Under the pieces are notes generated by a model. That model ran no database searches and was not told where the DNA came from. It was given only the letters and a program-made list of their open reading frames with translations. Below are positions 35,196-41,802 of a stretch of DNA of 41,802 bases, one piece after another. The stretch's first letter is position 1. Each line of letters opens with the position of its first letter. This DNA comes from Campylobacterales bacterium. Lineage in GTDB: Bacteria > Campylobacterota > Campylobacteria > Campylobacterales > Nitratiruptoraceae. The translations under genes were made by a program, and so were the position numbers. The stretch is taken from contig JALWZJ010000149.1 of assembly GCA_027002625.1 (NCBI GenBank), positions 1-41,802 on the forward strand, in the 5' to 3' direction.

Positions 35196-35996
35196 ATGAG
35201 ATACTTTATTACCGACTTGGACAAGACATTTTTGCGAAGTGATTTAAGCGTCAGTCCCTTTGCCAAAGAGGTATGGAACAGCTTCGATAGACCCCTCACT
35301 ATCGCTACGGCCAGAAGTTACACGGGAGCTACCAAACTCCTTAAGGGACTGCGTTTGACCCGTCCTATGATCTTGCTCGATGGAGCGATGATCGCCACTG
35401 CTGATGGAGAAATCTTGCATCTCAATGCCTTGGAAAAAGAGGCAGTGGATCACTTTATAGCAGCTATAGAAAAGGAGTTTGACGAGCGTCCCCTCATCGT
35501 GGGACTTGATGGAAAAAATGAGCATTTCTTATATCCCAAAAGGCTCAATCCCCACCAAAAAGAGCTCTTACAAAACTACAAAAACGACAAGAGAGTACTG
35601 GGGATCGAAAAGCTTCGAGGATTGGAGCAAAATCTCAAAGTGGTCTACCTTGGCTCAAAAGAGAAACTCCAAGCCATCGAAAAAGAGGTAAAAAAAATGT
35701 GCGAAGTGGAGAGCAAGCTCTCAAAAGATCCTTATCAAAACTGCTACTTTCTTACCTTCTTGCATCCATTGGGCGACAAAGCCCACGCCCTCAAAAGACT
35801 CGAAGAGATCGAAGGGGTAGAGGCAAAAGATGTGACTGTCTTTGGAGATAGCCACAACGATATAGGAATGTTCGAGTATGCCGGTCGCAGCGTGGCGGTA
35901 GCCAACGCCCTGCCAGAAGTCAAACAAAGAGCCGATATAGTGCTCAAAAGGAGTAACGACGAAGATGGAGTCGCCCACTACCTCGCCAACCTTTAG
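35196..35996 (+). CDS. Cof-type HAD-IIB hydrolase
   Basis: DLDKT (motif I), ATAR, K, GDSHND; start ATG 35196. Confidence 0.92.
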   Translation: MRYFITDLDKTFLRSDLSVSPFAKEVWNSFDRPLTIATARSYTGATKLLKGLRLTRPMILLDGAMIATADGEILHLNALEKEAVDHFIAAIEKEFDERPLIVGLDGKNEHFLYPKRLNPHQKELLQNYKNDKRVLGIEKLRGLEQNLKVVYLGSKEKLQAIEKEVKKMCEVESKLSKDPYQNCYFLTFLHPLGDKAHALKRLEEIEGVEAKDVTVFGDSHNDIGMFEYAGRSVAVANALPEVKQRADIVLKRSNDEDGVAHYLANL

Positions 35997-36804
35997 CGTC
36001 GTCATTCCCACCTACAATAGAGCCCATACCCTGCCAAGAGCCATCGAGTCGGTATTGGCCCAGAGCTTTAAAGATTTCGAGTTGATCGTAGTAGATGACG
36101 GCTCGACGGACGAGACTCCCAAAATCTTGGAGCGTTACCCCATCCGAGTGATCCACCAACCAAACCGAGGAGTCAGTGCCGCACGCAATCGGGGGATCGA
36201 AGCGGCACGAGGTCACATCATCGCTCTTTTGGATAGTGACGATGAGTGGAAGCCACACAAATTGCAAAATCACTACGATTTTTTCGAGGTAAATCCCGAC
36301 TATAAAATCCACCAAACAGAAGAGATCTGGATCAAAGATGGCAAATTTTTGAACAAAAAGAGAAAACATCAAAAAAAGAGTGGTGATATCTTTTACGACT
36401 CTTTGCATCTATGTCTCATCTCTCCTTCGGCGGTAGCCATTAAAAAGGAGCTCTTTGAAGAGGTAGGGCTTTTTCGAGAGGATTTCAAGGTATGTGAGGA
36501 TTATGAGCTATGGCTACGGATCACTCGCAAATACTTGGTGGGCTACTCACCTCAGCCACTCGTGATCAAATATGGAGGACACCTCGATCAGCTCAGCTGC
36601 AAATATTTTGGAATGGATCGCTGGCGTATCAAAGGGATGCTACCCTATATCGACGATCCAAAAGTGCTGGAAGTGGCTTTGAAAAAGTGCGAGATTTTGC
36701 TCAAAGGTGCAAGAAAGCATAAAAATCGTGAGATTTTGGAAGAGTTCGAGCCGCTTTGTAACGAGCTTGCGCAAAAACGAAAAAGTTTTTGCGCAAATTC
36801 TTAG
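35965..36804 (+). CDS. Glycosyltransferase family 2
   Basis: SVVIPTYNR, VVDDGSTD, GVSAARN, LDSDD and EDYELWLR motifs. Confidence 0.93.
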   Translation: MESPTTSPTFSVVIPTYNRAHTLPRAIESVLAQSFKDFELIVVDDGSTDETPKILERYPIRVIHQPNRGVSAARNRGIEAARGHIIALLDSDDEWKPHKLQNHYDFFEVNPDYKIHQTEEIWIKDGKFLNKKRKHQKKSGDIFYDSLHLCLISPSAVAIKKELFEEVGLFREDFKVCEDYELWLRITRKYLVGYSPQPLVIKYGGHLDQLSCKYFGMDRWRIKGMLPYIDDPKVLEVALKKCEILLKGARKHKNREILEEFEPLCNELAQKRKSFCANS

Positions 36805-37358
36805 CAGTAGTCTGCCAACAGTCCCTCTTTGAGCTGCTTGTAGGTCTCTTCTCCATTGAGAAGCCGTACAAGCTCCAATGCAAAGCAGATCGCAGTACCT
36901 GGACCTCTGGAAGTGACCACATTGCCATCGATCACCACCTTTTGATCGGGGACATATCCTTCTTTACCGGTCTTTTCTTCGAAGCCTGGATAGTTGGTAT
37001 GTTTTTTGCCATCGAGCACTCCCGCCTCTTTCAAAGCCCAAGGAGCGGCACAGATCGCACCTACCAATTTACCCTTTTCGTTCATGCGGCGAATATACTC
37101 CTGGACCAGCTCGCTTTTGGCCAAATGTTCGGCCCCAGGTAGTCCACCAGGTAGTACCATCAGATCGAACTCTTCTGGATCCACATCTTTGAGCAGTGTA
37201 TGCACAAGCACTTTGAGTCCAGTGTTGGCCCCTTCTACCTCATTGTCGAATAGACCAGCTACCGTAACGTTGTTGCCCGCGCGAGCAAGCACATCGATGA
37301 TCGCCATCGCTTCGATCTCTTCGAATCCATCTGCCAAAGGAACGAGTACATTTGCCAT
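36801..37358 (-). CDS. DJ-1/PfpI (YajL/ThiJ) family protein
   Basis: GFEEIE, LPGG, AICAAP (catalytic Cys) and TSRGPGTA. Confidence 0.94.
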   Translation of the reverse strand: MANVLVPLADGFEEIEAMAIIDVLARAGNNVTVAGLFDNEVEGANTGLKVLVHTLLKDVDPEEFDLMVLPGGLPGAEHLAKSELVQEYIRRMNEKGKLVGAICAAPWALKEAGVLDGKKHTNYPGFEEKTGKEGYVPDQKVVIDGNVVTSRGPGTAICFALELVRLLNGEETYKQLKEGLLADYC

Positions 37359-37368
37359 ATCGCACCTC

Positions 37369-37935
37369 CTATTTCACTTTTTCGAGGTATTTGCCCTCGA
37401 CGGTATCGACCTTGACCACATCGCCCGTGAGGATATGGAAAGGCACCTGGATGACGGCTCCCGTCTCCAAAGTGGCAGGTTTTCGCCCACCAGTGGCCGT
37501 ATCTCCTTTGAACGCCGGAGCCGTCTCTACTATCTCCAACTCCACTACAGGCGGGATCTCCACAGAGATTGGTTTGCCGTTGTGAAAGAGGATATCGACG
37601 GTCATCCCCTCTTTTAAAAATTTGATATTCTCCTCACCCACTTGCTCATGAGAGAGTGCGATCTGTTCGTAGCTGGTGGTATCCATAAAGTGCATACTCT
37701 CACCATCGTCGTACAGATACTGCATGGTAGTCTGCTCGAGATTGGGTTTTTCTGCCTTGTCTCCGGCGTGAAAAGTCTTTTCGAGCACACGTCCATCCAC
37801 CAAGCTCTTGATTTTGGTACGCACGTAGGCGGCACCCTTACCAGGCTTGACGTGCTGATACTCCACAATTCTATACGGCACTCCGCCAAGCTCGATGCGA
37901 AGCCCCTTTTTAAGATCGTTCATACTGTATGCCAT
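37369..37935 (-). CDS. efp: Translation elongation factor P
   Basis: HVKPGKG, YLY, GDTA and KPATLETG motifs. ATG 37935 follows an AAGGAG SD. Confidence 0.97.
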   Translation of the reverse strand: MAYSMNDLKKGLRIELGGVPYRIVEYQHVKPGKGAAYVRTKIKSLVDGRVLEKTFHAGDKAEKPNLEQTTMQYLYDDGESMHFMDTTSYEQIALSHEQVGEENIKFLKEGMTVDILFHNGKPISVEIPPVVELEIVETAPAFKGDTATGGRKPATLETGAVIQVPFHILTGDVVKVDTVEGKYLEKVK

Positions 37936-37957
37936 CGTCACTCCTTGATTTTTTGCA

Positions 37958-37966
37958 ATTATACCA
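37958..37966 (-). promoter_or_regulatory. Extended -10 (TGGTATAAT) for efp
   Basis: Perfect TGnTATAAT 22 nt upstream of the ATG. Confidence 0.7.
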
Positions 37967-37968
37967 GA

Positions 37969-38169
37969 TCATCGAAAGAAGCGAAAAAAGAGATAAAAGA
38001 GCAAAGAGAGCACCACACTCAAAAGAATCGAGGTGGTGATCGGAAAGTAGAAGACGAAATTGTCCCTTTTGATATAAATATCTCCCGGAAGCCTCCCCAC
38101 GTAGTGAATAAAAAGGCCAAAGACGATTAACGATATTCCCAAAAAGATCAAAATCTTACCAAAATCCAC
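37969..38169 (-). CDS. DUF2905 small membrane protein
   Basis: GRLPGDI...FYFPITTSILLS motif flanked by two TM segments. Confidence 0.85.
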   Translation of the reverse strand: MDFGKILIFLGISLIVFGLFIHYVGRLPGDIYIKRDNFVFYFPITTSILLSVVLSLLFYLFFRFFR

Positions 38170-39872
38170 TACTTGAACTCCTCTTCGCTTCTGGTCTGCT
38201 CATCAGTAAAATCCATCGCTTTGGCATTATCCATAAGTACTGGGATGAAAAGGAGCGAGACCACTACAGCCGCTACCGTACCACCGATGAGAGCCACGCC
38301 AAGACCACCAAAGATCGGGTCACTGGCCAGTAGAGCGGAACCCAGGATAATGGCAATGGCGGTGAGCATGATGGGTCTGGCCCTCGTAGCCGTAGCTATT
38401 GCGATGGATCGTCGTTTGGGGATGTGCTTTTCTATCATCAGCGCCTTGGCAAAATCTATGAGCAAGATGGAGTTACGCGAGCTGATCCCCATCAAAGCGA
38501 TAAATCCGATCAGTGAAGTAGCCGTGAGGAAAAAGGTATCGGCAGTCACCAGATCGGCTACCCAATGCCCAAAGATCACGCCGATGATGGAGAGGAAACT
38601 TCCCGCCATCACGATATTGGAAAGCGTATAGCTTTTGTAGTAGACCACGATAAGTAGATAGATCAAAATCAAAGCGGCGATGAAAGCAAGACCCAAATCA
38701 CGGAAAGTATCGAGGGTCACTTTCATCTCTCCGCCCCACTTCAGATCGAAGACTTCACCTGTCTTTTTGTCCGTCAAGCGAAGATTGAAAAGATAGTCGG
38801 TGGTCTCGATCTTGTACTCTTTGCCAAGATTTTCGATGATTTTGGCTCGTGCGTCCAGAAGTGGATATACCTGAGAGACCAGATCGGTTTCGGCGATGAC
38901 GTTGGTATAGCGTCTAAGGTTTTTGTGCATGATGGTAGGCTCGTTGGTCACAGGAACGATATCCACTACCTCCAAAAGCGGCACCATCATCCCCTTTTGG
39001 TTCATCAGCTCAAAGGATTGCAGTTTGGCCTTGATCGCTTGGAGGGATTTGTCCTCCACTCTTCTGGTCTCGTCACTCAAGCGCAAAAAGAGTGGAATCT
39101 GAGCAGGGTACTCTTCGCTGTTTTTGACTCCTGCATCCATTCCCTCAAAAGCGAGGTAGAGTATCTTTTGGACCTGCTCCACTGCCAGTCCGCTCTTTTG
39201 GATCTTGTCGATATTTGGTTTGAGGTGGTATTTGCGAAAGATATCGTCCTCCATGATATCCACATCCACCAATCCATCGGTGTGGCGAAAAATATCGGCT
39301 ACCTTTTGGGCCAGTTTACGGCGCTCTTTGTTGTTTTCTCCATAGATCTCGGCTACGACGGCAGCCAATGTGGGAGGTCCGGCAGGCTGTTCGATCAGCT
39401 TGATGGTGGTCCCTTTTTTGAGAGGCTCACACTTGCTTTGGATGACAGGACGCAGACGATGGACCATATTGTAGCTTCGCTCCTGTCGTTCATGCTTATC
39501 CGTGAGGTTGACCACCATCTCTGCTACGTTTTCACTGTTTTTATACACACTTCCTTTGACGAGCCCAGCATAGTCCAGTGGAGCTCCCATTCCTAAAAAG
39601 CTCTCGATATCGGTGACCTCTTTTTCTTTCTTGAGGATATCGAGGACACATTCGTTCACTTTTTTGGTCTCTTCTATAGAGCTTCCCGTCGGCAAGTCGA
39701 TATAGACACTGAAGGTGTTGGCGCTTTTGCCAGGCAGCATCTTCACCAGTACCACTTTGGTCGGGATCAAGATCACCGATGCCGCCAAAGTAGCCAAAAT
39801 CAGGGTGATGACCAAAGCTTTTTTGGGCCTGCTGTCTAAAATGCTGTAAATGAATTTCTCAAATTTTTTCAC
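38169..39872 (-). CDS. RND efflux permease, C-terminal half (separate gene)
   Basis: One TM, a periplasmic loop, then five TM; GISSRNSILLIDF and RARPIMLTA motifs. Own GTG start with a GGAGG SD. Confidence 0.9.
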   Translation of the reverse strand: MKKFEKFIYSILDSRPKKALVITLILATLAASVILIPTKVVLVKMLPGKSANTFSVYIDLPTGSSIEETKKVNECVLDILKKEKEVTDIESFLGMGAPLDYAGLVKGSVYKNSENVAEMVVNLTDKHERQERSYNMVHRLRPVIQSKCEPLKKGTTIKLIEQPAGPPTLAAVVAEIYGENNKERRKLAQKVADIFRHTDGLVDVDIMEDDIFRKYHLKPNIDKIQKSGLAVEQVQKILYLAFEGMDAGVKNSEEYPAQIPLFLRLSDETRRVEDKSLQAIKAKLQSFELMNQKGMMVPLLEVVDIVPVTNEPTIMHKNLRRYTNVIAETDLVSQVYPLLDARAKIIENLGKEYKIETTDYLFNLRLTDKKTGEVFDLKWGGEMKVTLDTFRDLGLAFIAALILIYLLIVVYYKSYTLSNIVMAGSFLSIIGVIFGHWVADLVTADTFFLTATSLIGFIALMGISSRNSILLIDFAKALMIEKHIPKRRSIAIATATRARPIMLTAIAIILGSALLASDPIFGGLGVALIGGTVAAVVVSLLFIPVLMDNAKAMDFTDEQTRSEEEFK

Positions 39873-41503
39873 TGTTTACCTCCATCGATATCACACTCTG
39901 GTGGAAGTTTCTCCTCTTTTTGGAAATGGTGATGGTGGTGATGCATATGAGGCTTTTTGAGTAGTTTCTTGGATAGATAGGGTGTAAAGATATAGGCTAC
40001 AAGGAGTGAAGCCAAAAGTGCCACGGGGACGTTGTATGGAATCGGCTTCATAAACTCACCCATCATCCCACCTACAAAAGCCATCGGAACCATCGTGAGA
40101 ATGATCGCTACAGTAGCCACATTGGTCGGCGCACCAATCTCATCCGTAGCCTCGACCAGGATCGTATCCATATCCTTATAGACCGCATCGTGCTCATGCA
40201 GGTGTCTGTGGATATTTTCGATCACGATAATAGCCGCATCCACCAAAAGACCCAAAGAGAGCAAGAAAGCAAAAAGGGTGATACGGTTGATGGACTGACC
40301 GGTGATATAAGCTACAAAAAGAGTCAGTGCCAAAATGGCAGGTACAGTGAAGGTGACGATGAGCGCCTCTTTGAAACCGAGGAAAAAGACCAGCATCACG
40401 GCGATAATCGCGATAGTAATGAGCAGGTGATCTACCAGCTCGTTGACCGCATCGTTGGCCCGCTTGCCGTAGTTTCGTGTCAATACATACCCGATTCCCT
40501 CTTTTTGAAGCTTCGGTTTGAGCTCTTCCATCAAAGCCAATACATCGTTGGCCACAAAAACAGCATTGGTCCCTTTGAGTTTGCTCACCTCGAGCGTATA
40601 TTGGGGTTTGGTATGCAGCTCTTTTGTCCAGATGAGTGCCTCTTTGAAGTTTTGAATATCGATACCGTCTTCGACTGTGGCTATATCTTTGATATAGATA
40701 GGAGAACCCATATAGTTGGCTACCATTATATTTTTTACATCGTCTATACTCTCGATGGCGTTGGGTACACCAAAGATGACGATCTTTTTATCTTTTGTGC
40801 GATCTTTGACCTCCGGTACCTCTTTGGCCACGGAACCGACTGCTTGCATGATCTGACCCATCGAAAGATGGTAGCCTGTGAGTTTACCAAGATCAACCAA
40901 GATATTGAACTGTCTTTTATGGGCACCTTTGAGGGCCGTTTTTGAGACGTTCTTGACTCCATTGATCTTATATTTGATCTGACGAATGAGCTTGTAAAAC
41001 TCTCCGTCACTTAGTTTGGGATCTTTTTTATAAAAAGCGAAGGTGAGGATCGGGATATCGATATCGATATCGAAAGGCTTGACAAGGGGCTGCATCGCGT
41101 TTTTGGGAAGCATATCCATATTTTGCATCACTTTGTCGTAGAGCTTGAGATTGGAGATCTCACGATTTTGACCGATATAGTACTGCACGTTGACGATCCC
41201 CACATTGTGCTTGGCGATACCGTAGATATATTCCACTCCCTTGATTTCACGGATCTTTTCTTCCAAGGGCTTGACGATCACGTTTTCGATCTCTTTGGGT
41301 GTGGCTCCTGGCATCGGTACGATCACGGCTCCGCCACTGATAGCGATCTGGGGATCCTCTTCTCGTGGCATGATCTCCAACGAAAGATATCCGATCGCCA
41401 ATAAAAAGACCGCCAAAAGCGGGGTAAGAGGATTGTGTAAAAAGATAAGAGCCAGCTTCCCAGCTATATCTTTTGGTTTGTAGTTGCATTTTATTTCACT
41501 CAT
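39869..41503 (-). CDS. RND efflux permease, N-terminal half (separate gene), His-rich tail
   Basis: PREEDPQI, PGATPKEIE, GLLVDAAIIVIENI, PMAFVGG...FMKP; C-terminal HMHHHHHH. Confidence 0.9.
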   Translation of the reverse strand: MSEIKCNYKPKDIAGKLALIFLHNPLTPLLAVFLLAIGYLSLEIMPREEDPQIAISGGAVIVPMPGATPKEIENVIVKPLEEKIREIKGVEYIYGIAKHNVGIVNVQYYIGQNREISNLKLYDKVMQNMDMLPKNAMQPLVKPFDIDIDIPILTFAFYKKDPKLSDGEFYKLIRQIKYKINGVKNVSKTALKGAHKRQFNILVDLGKLTGYHLSMGQIMQAVGSVAKEVPEVKDRTKDKKIVIFGVPNAIESIDDVKNIMVANYMGSPIYIKDIATVEDGIDIQNFKEALIWTKELHTKPQYTLEVSKLKGTNAVFVANDVLALMEELKPKLQKEGIGYVLTRNYGKRANDAVNELVDHLLITIAIIAVMLVFFLGFKEALIVTFTVPAILALTLFVAYITGQSINRITLFAFLLSLGLLVDAAIIVIENIHRHLHEHDAVYKDMDTILVEATDEIGAPTNVATVAIILTMVPMAFVGGMMGEFMKPIPYNVPVALLASLLVAYIFTPYLSKKLLKKPHMHHHHHHFQKEEKLPPECDIDGGKQ

Positions 41504-41511
41504 ACCCTCTC

Positions 41512-41802
41512 CTATTCAAATGTAAGCTTCGCATACATCCCGGGAATGATCGTCACACCTTTTCCTTTTTTGAAAGAGACTTTCACTTTGAATTTATGGG
41601 TCATCGGATTGGCAGCCGGTATGATGGAGGTGAGCGTGCCCTCCGCTTCGTAGCCTAAAGATGGAATATAGATCGCCACTTTCTGGCCGATCTTTATATT
41701 TTTGAGATTGCTCTCGCTGATTTGAGCCACCACTTTGAGATTGTCCAAAGTGGTCAACACCATTCCAGGATATCCAGGGATCGTCAACTGTCCCTCTTTG
41801 AC
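41512..41802 (-). CDS. RND periplasmic adaptor (membrane fusion protein), 5' truncated by the window edge
   Basis: Open to the window end: VKEGQ...LKVVAQISE...IKIGQKV...PAANPMTHKFKVK...PGMYA. Confidence 0.88.
   Translation of the reverse strand, partial: VKEGQLTIPGYPGMVLTTLDNLKVVAQISESNLKNIKIGQKVAIYIPSLGYEAEGTLTSIIPAANPMTHKFKVKVSFKKGKGVTIIPGMYAKLTFE

Overview
A gene-dense, mostly housekeeping chromosomal window from a Campylobacterota (Epsilonproteobacteria) genome. Gene order and protein style suggest a Nitratiruptor/Hydrogenimonas-like vent chemolithoautotroph; this is inference, and no database search was run. Contents in order: alpha/beta hydrolase, OmpA/CadF-like porin, ruvA-ddl-flavoprotein, MFS-murJ-cysS-msbA-pyrD-M16 peptidase-dapA-SDR-pgsA-rseP-yggS, thiL-truD, a type-E (HdrB/CCG-anchored) succinate dehydrogenase/fumarate reductase sdhABE, a superoxide-reductase-like protein, family-4 UDG, ybgC, DUF481, ribB(X), tRNA-Gln and tRNA-fMet, a SYLF/Zn-ribbon/archaemetzincin operon, a DUF234 protein, dnaE, aroK, an m5C methyltransferase, HAD, GT2, DJ-1, efp and an RND efflux permease split into two genes. 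I saw no transposase, integrase, phage gene or CRISPR array. The most unusual signals are non-coding. One is a ~290-bp nested multi-branch palindrome flanked by a TATAAA direct repeat, sitting between the probable ruvA promoter and its ribosome-binding site. The other is an unrelated ~115-bp rod-shaped hairpin between the convergent DUF234 and dnaE genes. Also notable are a probable AUA start codon, several probably leaderless genes and a Tat-less type-E SdhABE.
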